Positions 1 to 11,370 of a stretch of 64,000 nucleotides of DNA are shown here, one piece after another. The position numbers and the translations under genes were made by a program. The stretch covers positions 558,001 to 622,000 of the forward strand of contig CM068757.1 in NCBI GenBank assembly GCA_035084275.1, in the 5' to 3' direction. The notes under the pieces are model-generated. The model was not told where the DNA came from. It did not search any database and saw only the letters and a list, made by a program, of their open reading frames with translations. The DNA comes from Hydrolagus colliei (lineage: Eukaryota). Each line of letters opens with the position of its first letter. Positions within the stretch are counted from its first letter, which is position 1.

Positions 1-703
1 GGAAGCTCACAGACTGGGGGCACCACTCGCGATCTCTGCTGAATATCGAGGCCACTGATTACCCTCAGCCCCTGAAATATTATTGGATTTACTTTTTTTT
101 TCAAATAGCTGCCGAAACTCTTCATTACTCTTCCCAAAGAAATCAGGTGTCTGTCTTGAAACTCAAAGCGTCTGTCCTTAGAGTATTTAACAAGTCAACT
201 GAATTTCAAGGGCGGGGGGGGGATTTTTTTTTGCAAGGACAGACAGTAACAAATTAGATGACTTTGGGTGCGTCAACAATAACAGCAACTTCGATTCGTA
301 CAGCGCCCTGCACCCCGGACGGCGTCTCAGAGCGCGTGTCACTCGCCTGCCGCAAATTGTTAGGATGTTCAAAATTCCCGCCTGCGATTTCTATATGTTT
401 GTTCAGAACCCGGTGTGTTCTCTGCTTTGGAGAGGGATGAACTTTTAGTTTGTTTTTTTTTAATTAAAAAAGTGATGTACGTTAGTTTGGAAACGATCTG
501 AATCTGACATGTTTGTAATCTGAAATTCAGTGTAAATAGTGCGACGGGAGGAGTGATGTGTTTGTCCCACCGCAGGGCGAGGAGAGCAAGGACGGTATTT
601 CAAGGTTGTTGGGCTGTGTTCTAAACGAGGGCTTGGCGTTGCAGTCTCTCTGACCCCGGCAACGCAGAATGAGCCATCGATACGTTGGCCTGATAAACAC
701 GGG

Positions 704-870
704 GAGCTCCTGTTGCTCAGTGGTTAGAGCTACTCGCCTTCAAGCGTGAGACCTGCGTTCGAATCCAGGCAGATCAGGGAGAAACCTTGGGGAAGTTTCC
801 TTACTCCACACACACACACTGCTGTGCACAATTGGCTGCTGCGTTCAAATGCAAGGATTATTATTATTAT
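704..870 (+). mobile_element. tRNA-derived SINE, internally deleted copy
   Basis: A-box-like TTGCTCAGTGG, B box GTTCGAATCC, CCTTGGGGAAGTTTCCTTACTCCAC, GCTGTGCACAATTGGCTGC and the AAATGCAAGG(ATT)n tail shared with the other copies. Confidence 0.85.
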
Positions 871-887
871 AAATTCTGTACCCTCTA

Positions 888-964
888 CCCCCCCCCCCCC
901 CCCCACTCCCCCCCTCCACTCTCGCCCCCCCCCCCCCCCCCCACCCACCCCTGCCCTCCCCACC
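888..964. repeat. C-rich low-complexity tract
   Basis: Long C runs; source of the Pro/Gly-rich spurious ORFs at 730-1053. Confidence 0.9.
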
Positions 965-1103
965 GTAAATTGAGAACACAGCACTCAGTTGGTAAGGATA
1001 CAGAACTGCCATCACTGCCACCGGCATTATTAACCTCAGCAAAGGTCACTTGAAATATTCAGATGTTGATGCTGCAGAACACTGTTTAGCAGAATAATAA
1101 TTG

Positions 1104-1225
1104 GAACGTAGGAGTGAGGAGCAGGACTAGGCCATTCAGCCCCTCGAGCCCCTGCCCCGCCATCCAATAAGATCGTGGCTGATCTTCTCATCTTAACTCT
1201 TATCCGCCTGCCTTAACCCTTCCTC
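1104..1225 (-). mobile_element. CR1-type LINE 3'-end fragment
   Basis: AGGCCATTCAGCCCCTCGAGCC...CAATAAGATCGTGGCTGATCT resembles the reverse complement of chondrichthyan CR1 3' ends (recalled consensus). Confidence 0.6.
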
Positions 1226-1358
1226 GCATTTGATATAGACCCTTTATCACGTCTTCCAGACGTCTCAAAGCGCATCACGGAATACACCATAAATGTTGTG
1301 GGTGAAACGCAGCAGCCAATTGCACACATCAGTGTCCCGCAAACAGTTGTGGATTGAA
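1226..1358 (-). mobile_element. SINE 3' half
   Basis: Reverse complement of the family tail (GCATTTGATATAG...CACGTCTTCCAGACGTCTCAAAGCGC) and GCAGCCAATTGCACAC. Confidence 0.8.
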
Positions 1359-2262
1359 GAGATTTCATTATTATTATTATTACTACACTATCTCAAAGTG
1401 ATTCACAAGATTTCATGTTAAGTGTAGTGATTTGTGTATTGTGTAAGGCAACATGCCCGGTGTCATTTAATCTCATAAGTAGAGAGATCAAGAGATTTAT
1501 TATTCAGCTATTTTCTCCCAGTGAAATGAAAGTTAGGATTACTGTGTGTCACAAGTTGTTACAGTGTGTGTTATGTGTCACATTACAAATAGGTGGTTGT
1601 TGAGTTTGGCTCGGGGGGGTGGGGGGCTATTTTTAACCGATAAACAATCGGTGATTTAACTGTATTTTGTGTGTCATAAACACTGCCGGGCTGAATACTA
1701 AAATTGCAGTTGCCGGATTTCCACTGGAGTGATTGCTGCTACAGATGCAAGCAACACATACAGCTCAGAGACGTGCGCGGAGGAAAATGTGGAATTACTG
1801 TGCGGAATTTCAGTGCGTCTTCTTGTTTGGGTTGTTTCTCGCTGTACGTATCATTTCTTAGCATCTGTTAATTACTCCGAAAATGGTCCTGACATCTGTT
1901 TTCTCGTGTAAGCCACTTTGTCTACTTTAGTCACAGTTTAAACTTGTCAGAACCGTTTCCTCGGCGTCTTGTTTCCTGGGTACATCTCACCGGAATCATC
2001 TTCGGAGAATGGGGGTGGGTGGGTGGGGGTCGGGGTGGGGTGGGTTGAGGAAAGAATACTTTGCCATCTACTTTGTGCCTCGTTGCAGTGCGATGGCAAC
2101 CCGATCAGCGTTCCAAAGGTTACAACTAATTAATGGTCTTGTCAAAAATAAAAATAGATTTCTCTTTCACATTAATGTGACAATGGTTAAGACTTTTTTT
2201 TTCTGAGTTGATTCAGTTCTTCCGGTGGTAAAGTGAGTTTTTTAACAAGCTGTTTTCACTTT

Positions 2263-2475
2263 TAATAATAATAATAATCCTGGCATTTGATATCGCGGCT
2301 TTTTCACGTCTTCTAGACTGTGTCTCAAAGCGCTTCACAGAATATACTGTAAAGTGAATTGACTGTATATATTTGTGGGCGAAATGCGGCAGCCAATGGC
2401 GCACAGCAGCGTTCCCCCCACACACACACACAGTCGTAGATTGAAATAAACAATTTTTGGAGGGATTATTATCAG

Positions 2476-2539
<64 letters not shown>

Positions 2540-2650
2540 AGTAAGGAAACTTGCCCAAGGTTTTGCCCCTGACCCGCCTGGATTCGAAACACAGGCCTCT
2601 CACCCTTGTGAGGTGAGCGCCTCGAACCCACTGAGCTACTACAGGAGCTC
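2263..2650 (-). mobile_element. Full-length tRNA-derived SINE with internal (CA)n expansion
   Basis: (TAA)n tail at 2263, body, about 30 GT units at 2478-2538, head ending ...CTGAGCTACTACAGGAGCTC. Confidence 0.9.
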
Positions 2651-3134
2651 CACTTTTGAGGCGTATCCAACAGTCAGGACGGTTACTTCCGCGTGATGTG
2701 AAACCGTACCACCCCATTCCAACTTTGAAGTGGCTGACAGGAGAGATGGGGTTAATGGATAGATAATGCGTGGCACCAGATTGTCATGGCTACATTTTGC
2801 AGTCTACAAAGGTCCTTCGGGACGTCGCTTGAAAAGCCTGTTGATTGGCTGGAAGCTCTCACTGTCAAATATCTTCCCCCAGTGGCCCTTTGCTTTAGGA
2901 TTAATCTACAGAGAAATAATTTGCTTCCATCAACAGCCTCGGTGCTTTGTGACAGATCAAACGCATCTCCCTCGGCAACTTTGATCTGTGCTTGTTCCTT
3001 AATCCACTAACATCTGGCTACAATTTGTCAGGTAACAGCAGATGAACGCTAGTCAAAGGAGTTAATTAGCGTATTGTGTGCGCCTGTTTGTAAGTGTGAT
3101 GTGAAAGTGAGGAAGGAGTGGTTTGAAAAATAAC

Positions 3135-3181
3135 CACACACACACACACACACACACACACTGACAAACACTGACAAACAC
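3135..3181. repeat. (CA)n microsatellite followed by a duplicated CTGACAAACA unit
   Basis: Read directly from the sequence. Confidence 0.85.
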
Positions 3182-3865
3182 TGTCCCGTTTCCCCCTCCC
3201 CCGCACAACCCCAAAAAAAGTTCACAATTAAAATGCATTTTAATTGCCTTACAAATACACGGTCACTTTCGTTGAAGCTCCTTCTGACATGTTTTGACAA
3301 CGTGATGAAGCGCTGAGTCACATGCAAAGATGATGATCGCATTCTTACAAACTGTGGAGGTTTCCAAATGGTTCTGCTTGTATTCCCAAAAGCTGCTTTC
3401 CCCCCCCCCCCCCCACCACCCCCGTTCTGTTTCACACAGAAGACAGTTTATTTAGGGATAATTACTTTCTATTTCACTCAGTTACGAAGGAAGAACAATA
3501 AATAATATAGAATTAAACTCCCCCCAATCATTTTATCAACGTAGTATAGTGTTTTATCTTGTGCGTGTGTGTGTGTGTACGTGTGTGTGTATATTTGTTT
3601 GAAGACTGTAAATTCTGGCAAACTACTGTTAAAATACAAAATCCGTGCCGATGACTTTAGACCACTGATTCTGCCAATGTCATTAAGGACATCGTGTTCA
3701 GTGTCAAACCAATACAATCACTCACTCCTAACAGTAGGCGAAAAACTCCCACGTACGGAGCAAAACAAAAAAAATTACAAAAATATGTCCCGGGGAGTTT
3801 TCCGAGCCTGTAATCTATTTGAGGGGCCAGTTTACCATTTGCAAGAAGCTCGGAAAGTTTGCTTT

Positions 3866-3940
3866 CAAACAAACAAACAAACAAAACTCACATTTATATA
3901 GCGCCTTTCACGTCGAGAGGACGTCCCAAGGCGCTGCACA
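3866..3940 (-). mobile_element. L2-clade LINE 3' tail fragment
   Basis: Reverse complement reads CTTGGGACGTCCTCTCGACGTGAAAGGCGCTATATAAATGTG plus (GTTT)n; the same tail is attached to L2 ORF2 remnants at 19085 and 36303. Confidence 0.7.
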
Positions 3941-4321
3941 GTCAGGTAGGACAAGAGCAGGGTGGGAAGGATCAGGACAGGATGAAGAACAGAAGGAAAA
4001 GTAACTGTATATTTGTGGGCGAATGTCGTTCGTTTCCGACATCCCGATCTGGATTAGAATGACTTACTGCCTTGTAACTCTCCCAAGTACCCGTCCATCA
4101 ATCAATAAAGGTTAAAGCCATTGACAGTGTAAATCAATTCAATCCAACGTACCATCTTTGGCAGATTTCACGCGCCTCATGTTTTAAAATATGTGCGGTG
4201 GGTAGATAATTGTCGGACACTTAAGTGTAACCCGCCATGGTACTCACTGTACTGTCGTTTCCATTCACAGGACATTGATTTCCATATTTATCAGCAAACT
4301 ACTCACTTACTCGCCTGCGCA

Positions 4322-4450
4322 AATAATAATAATAATAATAAATCCTTGCATTTAGACACAGAGCTTTTCACGTCTTCTAGACTGTGTCTCAAAGCGCTTT
4401 GCGGAATATACTGTAAAGTGAATTGACTGTATATTTGTGGGCGAAACGCA
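4322..4450 (-). mobile_element. SINE 3' fragment
   Basis: (AAT)n-ATCCTTGCATTT...CACGTCTTCTAGAC...GTAAAGTGAATTGACTGTATATTTGTGGGCGAAACG. Confidence 0.85.
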
Positions 4451-5329
4451 ATTTGAGACGTTCGGCTTATAGACTCTCGGCAGCAGAGATAACTGCCGAC
4501 GGGCTCGACCGATTCAGGAAAAATCTGATATTTTCTCGACAGACTTTGCTCTTGCTCTGAATCGTTTTTCTCTGTATCCAGTGGGATCCAGTGATTCGCC
4601 CACAAACATACAGTCATTACATACAAACAACTCTTATTACTATTATTATTATTATTATTCCCTGCCCACGTGTAACTTTGTGATGCGTTTGCCCAAGCTG
4701 TGGTGATGCACAGGAGATGTTCGAACCGTTCCTGTGATGAATGAAAGGGCTTCAGAACTGTTTGAGGATCAGATCACATCGTGTCAAGGAGAGGTGCAAT
4801 GCTGGGATCTCTGGTCGAGATCCACATTATTGCAGGCAACGCTTCCACTTACCGCGACTCTGCTGGGCGGAGTAAACCCAATGCTCCCACGCACAGTTTA
4901 GAGCCTGTTAATAAACCACTCGAGCATTTTCTCCCTTAATGCCTCCCAACACACACCTAATAAATCTATTAGCCTTTCCTCCCTAGTTACGTTGGACAGA
5001 CAGCTAGTGTAAAATGTTCTATTCTCGCCCTCTTACTGCTCCTAGAAATAGCGAGTCCTGCCACACTATTTTAATTGCTACACCTACAACATACACAGTC
5101 ATCACACTTTAACGGTCTAATATTTCACAGTGCCCTGTGAAGCGCTAAGAGATGTCTTGAAAGGCTGCTGCATAAAACACAAGGATTATTAATGGTCATT
5201 TCTTGTTATTCAAAGAATATATCACAGAGACTCGCTGTTGTGTTGACACACTTGTTGGGAGAACTGCACTTTTTTGTTTTGAGAGTTGTATATTGTGTAT
5301 TGACCCCGTTTCATTTTAATATCTCGTTA

Positions 5330-5748
5330 TTATTATTATAATTCTTGCATTTGGTGAAGAGCGCCTTTCACGGTGAGCAGCGCTGCACAGGAGACACAGT
5401 GAAGTGTAGTGACTTTGTTTTTTCTAAGTGAAGCGTGGCAGCTGATCTGACACGGCAGTGTCCCACAAACAGCCGTGTTAGTGGATGACTTATTTTACTT
5501 TAATAATAAATAATAATCCTTGCATTTTGATACAGAGCTTTTCACGTCTTCTAGACGTCTCAAAGCGCTTCACAGAATATACTGTCAAGTGAATTGACTG
5601 TATAAGTGAATCGTCACAAACAGTCGAGGATTGATGTGAGCAATTCTATTATTGTTTTTTTTCTTGCGGGATCATTATCAGGCGTGTGTGTGGAGTAAGG
5701 AAACTTCGCCCAAGGTTTCGCCCTGACCCTGCCTGGAATTGAACCCAC
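5330..5748 (-). mobile_element. Two adjacent SINE copies (diverged 5330-5490; younger, deleted 5500-5748)
   Basis: Two tail motifs in tandem; the second continues into GTGGAGTAAGGAAACTT...CCTGGAATTGAACCC. Confidence 0.8.
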
Positions 5749-6351
5749 ATTTGGGGGGAGGGGGGGGATCGTTGACCAGAACGCTAGGGAAAAACGCTTT
5801 TCTTAAGTTGATCTCAAGTAAATTTGGCGCAAACGCTTGTACATCTCTACACACGTGGCGCGGGTTGTTGAAGGGCACGGATTATTATTATGTCTGGTTG
5901 AGAAGATGGAGCAAGCGAATGTTCAAAATCCTAATTGGTCAATAGAGAAAGATGGCACCTAACCTTGAGAGAGGAAACAAAAAATGGGACTTTCCAGTTT
6001 AATGTTGGAAACCACAGCACAGTGAACCCGAGGCTCTCCCATCACTGGTTTGTCACTAGAGATTAGTGAGGACCAGTCATCTTGTACTCACTCACATCTG
6101 TGGCCTTTGGTTTCCCTCCGGGACTTCATAGTGACCAGAGGTGCGATATACCTTGTGTTTCCTCGTCGCACTGCATAGTTGAGATAGCAAACTCAACTGA
6201 ATAAGAATGTGAGTTTAGCGCTCTTTTTAATTAACGCTGTACGTTTAGGATTTGAAGCATTTCAGGCTACATGTGGATACTTTTACGCCCACTGAAGGGC
6301 AAATGTTGATCTCTCAAACTTTGAGGGTTTCTAGTCATATCATCGCGTGTG

Positions 6352-6462
6352 ATAATAATAATAAAAATAATAATAATATTAATCCTTGCATTTGATATAG
6401 CGCCTGATCACGTCTTCTAGACGTCTCAAAGCGCTTCACAGAATACACTGTAAAGTGAATTA
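6352..6462 (-). mobile_element. SINE 3' tail
   Basis: AATCCTTGCATTTGATATAGCGCC...CACGTCTTCTAGACGTCTCAAAGCGCTTCACAGAATA. Confidence 0.85.
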
Positions 6463-7289
6463 ACTTGTGTTTTGAAACCTCTCAACGTGCTACTCGAAAC
6501 CTTTGGTTTAAGCAAACGTACTGATGCTAATTTCCGTGGCTCGGGTTGCTAACCAGTCAGTGGAATCTTTATGAGACAGAGAGGTTAGTTGGGTTCAAAC
6601 TGGAGTTGTGAAAACATGGTGATTTAGCCAGGTGTTGAAGACACGTTAATTAAAGAAAAAAAACTGCAATGTTTCCAGCCCTCATCTTTTATCCGAAATC
6701 GCTCGTTGCTCGTAATTTAATACGAATGTGCGAGCCGCAACAAGGGGGACAAGTCCGTAAAAATCTAGCAGGAGGAAAATGCTTCTGAGCGTTTTTTTTT
6801 TACTCTTGGCTTTGCCGACTCTCATCATGTCACAGAAGTATAACATCTGTTTTAAAGTGTTGAATGTGGTCTGGTGGTGCAATCAAGCCTGCGTGAGTTG
6901 CCAGGAGTATGGCAGGGCATGTCTTATGGAACTAATTATTTTGACTTTTCCAGCGATGCATTGGGTGAGGGAGAAAATAAACGGACCCTGTCGACTGACA
7001 GCTAATAGGTGTTAAACTGGAAATCTAAATTTGTCTTAAAATACGCTTGTATACACTATCGTACAAGCAAACAGATAGGATTTAATGTGGGCGCTAACAG
7101 TGTACATGAGCTGGCTGAATGAGCAGTACTGGCTTCCTAGTGATGTGTAAATAGTTGTGCGTTGGATACCATTAATTGCAGATGAAACCTGTATTTCTTT
7201 TTTTAACGAAAACAATGATTTTAAACAGTCCTAGCTTTTTCTAAAAAATATTAACGTTTTCTGCCCTGAACGTTTGCCGTAACTCTTAA

Positions 7290-7490
7290 ATAATAAATAA
7301 ATAATAATAATTCTTGTACTGTATTTGATATAAGTCTTTTCACGTCTTCTAGACATCTCAAAGCGCTTCATGGAATATACTGTATATTTATGGGCGAAAC
7401 ACGGCAGCCAATTGCGCACAGCAGTGTCCCCACAAACAGTCGTGGATTTAAATGACCAATTTATTCTAGTTTTTTTTGAGAGATTATAAT
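7290..7490 (-). mobile_element. SINE 3' half
   Basis: Tail plus GGCAGCCAATTGCGCACAGCAGTGTCCCCACAAACAGTCGTGGATT. Confidence 0.85.
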
Positions 7491-8449
7491 AATGTACATA
7501 TTACATTTCATACTAGAAAAATAAATTGGGGAGTGAATTTATAATTTTTTAAAAAATAATAGAAGAGCAGGCAGGTCATATAAAGGTTTGTGGCCATTAG
7601 TGTTTCTAAACATACTCTGTATGTAGATTAACAGTACAGTACTGTGCGTGCTGAGGGATGGATGACAGTGGTCTGAAATGAAACTTTTACCCAAGACACA
7701 GCCAAGCCACTCCCAAACAAATTGTTGTAGGTTGAGTGAAATGGGCTGGATTATAATGAGTTCTCTACTGTAAAAAAGAAACCCATTTTAAAGCCTCGCC
7801 TGCTGGCTATGTAAACCGCGCATTACGTTTCACATATTTTTGTGCGTCCCTCTGGCCACTCTGAACGTCACTGATTAGTGAACCATTTGAAGTTTGCACT
7901 GTGGGCTTGTGTTGACTGGTACTCATTTCCGAGAGTCTTGACTAATTGCACTTTAAGGCCGTTAACATCCATCAGAGATTAAACTATTAATCTGCTGGGC
8001 CAGGGCTGGATTTAAACCAAGATGGTGTAGATTGTCAGTTGCTGTGAAAACCACCAACCTCCCTTTTTTTTGGTATATGTACTTTGTCTTGCCATGGGAG
8101 AATACAGATCAGCTGCTGCGTTTGCCAATGTAAAACCCACTCCGGTTCCAGATGTTTTATCACCTGAAGGGCGCTTTTTGAAAATGCTAATTATTATTTA
8201 CCAATTTAATCTGATGGTGAATTTATAGCATGGAATAAAATTTGTGCAAAATATTTTTTTTCTGTTTTGCCAGTCACTGATATCATCCTCACTAATGACA
8301 AAGGGGGGATGAAATTCTCCCCATTTGTTTCACATTAACACCTCTTTAACCCATCATCTCCTGTCCTCTACCCTATTTTTGCCCTTCGTCTTCCTTGCCC
8401 TGCCTCTCCCTCTCTATTAATCCGTGAAAACCTCTCCCTCCCTGATATG

Positions 8450-8575
8450 CCCAGTTCCGACAAAGGGTCGTGGACCCGGAATGTTGACTCGCTTTTCCTT
8501 TCTCCATAGATGCTGCCTGACCTGCCGAGTGTTCCCAGCTATTTCAGATTTCCAGTATCCCCCGTATTTTGCGTT
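8450..8575 (+). mobile_element. Penelope-like element terminal fragment
   Basis: GACAAAGGGTCGTGGACCCGGAATGTTGACTC...CCATAGATGCTGCCTGACCTGCCGAGT...ATTTCAGATTTCCAG resembles the common shark Penelope end (recalled consensus). Confidence 0.6.
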
Positions 8576-8679
8576 TCTCATCATCACTGACGTTGCTTTA
8601 AGTGTTGATCATAGAACCATTTGCAATTCAGTAGAGTGGGCATTCACGTTTGATCCTGAGCTTGCTGGAGCCATATCAT

Positions 8680-8778
8680 ACTTGCATTTGATATCGCGCC
8701 TTATCATGTCTTTGAGACATCTGAAAGCACTTCATCGGATATATAGTAAAGAGAATTGACTGTATATTTTGTGGGCGA
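8680..8778 (-). mobile_element. SINE 3' tail, diverged
   Basis: CTTGCATTTGATATCGCGCC...GAATTGACTGTATATTTTGTGGGCG. Confidence 0.75.
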
Positions 8779-8992
8779 TGTAGCCTTTTTGTTAAAAACG
8801 TAGACTTTTTGTGGGGTTGGGGGAAAGGATTGGGAACATTTAAAGAAATTTGTTTTTAATTAAGATGAATATTGACAATGGAAATAGTTTACTGAAAATA
8901 GTTCAAAAAAATATTTAAATGAAGGTAGGTTTTTGGTGCAAGGCTGTGATCGATCAACTTCCCATGCGTTTTTGTTTGTGTGTGTGTTTCAG

Positions 8993-9061
8993 AAGTCACT
9001 TTGGCACAGAAATGGCCTGTGGATGCTGAAGTTTCTCTTGACGAAATGAGTTGGGTTGATG
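8993..9061 (+). CDS. DNAJC24: DnaJ C24 / diphthamide biosynthesis protein 4, penultimate coding exon (69 bp, phase 1-1)
   Basis: tttcag|AA GTC ACT...GAT G|gtaagg; encodes (E)VTLAQKWPVDAEVSLDEMSWVD, matching DPH4 'GPVDAQVYLEEMSW'; earlier J-domain exons were not found in the window. Confidence 0.9.
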
Positions 9062-9132
9062 GTAAGGATGAGTGACAGTCTAATATTGTACTTTGTGGAG
9101 GTAGAATGAATGCATCAATTTTATTAACTATT

Positions 9133-9173
9133 AGCTTTATTAACTACATTTATAAAATGTAGTTAATAAAGCT
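9133..9173. repeat. Perfect 19-bp inverted repeat with a 3-nt loop
   Basis: AGCTTTATTAACTACATTT-ata-AAATGTAGTTAATAAAGCT inside the 178-bp last DNAJC24 intron. Confidence 0.95.
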
Positions 9174-9239
9174 GCTTTTGGTATCCACCGCATGCAAAAT
9201 CAAATATGAATAATGCATAAAACATCTTTCTCGTTATAG

Positions 9240-9373
9240 CTGATGAGTGCTACACGTACGATTGCCGATGTGGTGGTGAATTTATTCTTGCCAAAGAAGA
9301 AGCTGAAGGAAACGTATCGGTTATCTGCTGCAACACTTGTTCACTCAGCATAGAGATCCTGAAACAGAGCTGA
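9240..9373 (+). CDS. DNAJC24: DNAJC24 last coding exon, CSL-type zinc finger
   Basis: ttatag|CT GAT...TGA at 9371-9373; (A)DECYTYDCRCGGEFILAKEEAEGNVSVICCNTCSLSIEILKQS*, with CRCG and CNTCSL motifs. Confidence 0.93.
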
Positions 9374-10611
9374 AAACAAATCATCCTCTCAGTTGTTTTA
9401 GCTCGGGAGTTACTGGTCAAAGCAGCTTAGCTCAGCTCTAAGCACATCTGGCGTTTGTTTGTCAGCTCAGGTAAAAAAATCACCTCGGCCCAGCCTCCAC
9501 TTTAGGAGTTGGGTTATACAAACACAACGTTCTTTACATCTTGCAGTGGAACCCATATTTGAGTCAATATGTGTCATTGCAGCCAGAATGGATTTGAATT
9601 CTATTCAAAGAAATGTTCCCCCCCCCACCCCCACACACAAAATCCACTTCTTGTTGGCATCAGCTTTTTTCACTGGCTACCCATCCCTGATTCGTATTAA
9701 TAGTTAAAAGTCATCAATAGTCAGTCAGATGAGCTACATCTCCCATCCAGTAAATTAGTTTGCAATATGTCTAGCTGGCTGCTCGATTCAAACTTGACAG
9801 ATTAAAAAACACTCCTAAAAAACACGGGAGTGCCCCACCCCCAACCACCCCGTCTTCATAGATTTGGGTGATTTTGGGGGTTCCAGTGACGGCCATTATA
9901 AAATACCAATTTAATTCCTATGGAAGAAACGCAACAACTTTCACGATCTAACTTGAGAACACTGCTCCTCATTCCGCCGCGGTTTGTTTCGAGACAACGC
10001 AAGGCTCTCTGCCTCCCAAAATGTCCATCCTCACAAGAGCACCCCTGATATAGCTACATGGCTATCAGCCATCCATCCTGTGCCCTTTCTGAGTGAACTT
10101 ACCAATTAACATCAAATTAAGGACAATTTAGTGCTGTAAGCCCATGCCTCCTAGGAAATCGATAGAAATCGCCGAAACTTAGTTCACATCGAACGCTTGA
10201 AGCCAACAGAGTTGAGATACATGTTCTTCCTATGAAAACCCACTGGATGCAAACACAGACCCCAGAGGTGAAGGGCCAATATTCTAACCCACTGCAGCAC
10301 CCAGTCCCCCCTGGCTCTGTTTCATTCTGATTAAATCGAATACAGCCACTTTACTGTTCATTAGCACATGGTCCAAATCATCACTTGTACGTGGAGGGGG
10401 TCTGATCATTTCTAGCCGTACAGTTGAAATCTATTGAAACCTCCATACACAAAGGTCCTAGCAAAAGTAAAACTTCAACCAAAAAGACTGCACCAAGTGT
10501 AACACAGCAGGAGATGACGTATTAATGACAACATTTCCCTTTAGTGCTGTAAACCCTTTGTTGCCAGATATTACCAGGCAAATGTGAATATTTCAGATGG
10601 GGATTGTATCT

Positions 10612-10962
10612 TTAACTGATACAAGAGGACCTGGATTTGATTCCCGGGCCGGGGCAGAACCTTAGTCAAGTTTCCTTATTCCACTTGCCTGTTTACCCAA
10701 CAGTAAATGGGAATTTGGTTGTTAAATCGATTGCTGGATCTTTTTCTGTTGATAAATAATCCCATTACCCGGGCCATCCATAAATAAAATTGGTCATTTT
10801 CAATTCACGACTGTTTATGGGGACACTGCTGTGCACAATTGGCTGCCGCGTTTCACCCACAAAATACAGTCAGTCCACTTTACAGTGTATTCCGTGAAGC
10901 ACTTTGAGACGTCTCAACGACATGTTAAGGTGCAATATGAAATGCAAGGATTATTATTATTA
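10612..10962 (+). mobile_element. SINE variant with a different central segment
   Basis: Degenerate head (GATTTGATTCCC...CCTTAGTCAAGTTTCCTTATTCCAC), middle CTGTTTACCCAACAGTAAATGGG..., then the standard 3' half and (ATT)n tail. Confidence 0.8.
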
Positions 10963-11269
10963 CAAAAGGTCAAGTGTGGCACTGATGGATGTTGAAGCAT
11001 TGCAGCTCTAATATGGAGAGTCTGTTCTTTGACAGTTGTGAGCTTTGTGTTTGGGATTGGCAGTTTACAAACACATGGGTGGCAATTGATATTAAAGTGT
11101 TTTGTAATGTTTTATTTATTTGTGGTAAAATGCCCCCAAAAATGTATCAACTGTGCCTAGTGATGCAGAAATGTGCTGTGTTGCCTTATAGTATAGACTG
11201 TGTGATGTCTAATGGGGAACGGCACTGCCTGTTTGTTGTACTAAGCCATTCAGACTAGTGAGTTGGTTG

Positions 11270-11370
11270 CAGGTTTGAAACTCCAGCTGTGCTCAGTTGG
11301 CTGACGTCTTCTGTGGGAACAGTAGGGTTCCCACTATCAGACCGGGAAGGTGAAAAATCAGCCAGGTTCT
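11270..11370 (+). mobile_element. Ancient SINE relic, AmnSINE2-like
   Basis: CTGTGCTCAGTTGGCTGA...AGTAGGG...GAAAAATCAGCCAGGTTC; matches other relics in the window and a recalled consensus. Confidence 0.5.

Noticed and set aside
730-3435. Pro/Gly-rich, HT-repeat and CV-repeat ORFs
   Set aside because: Derived from poly-C/G tracts, (CA)n microsatellites and SINEs
1-8990. J-domain exons of DNAJC24 (HPD motif)
   Set aside because: I found no YHPDK-like or WKILG-like coding segment with splice sites; these exons presumably lie upstream of the window
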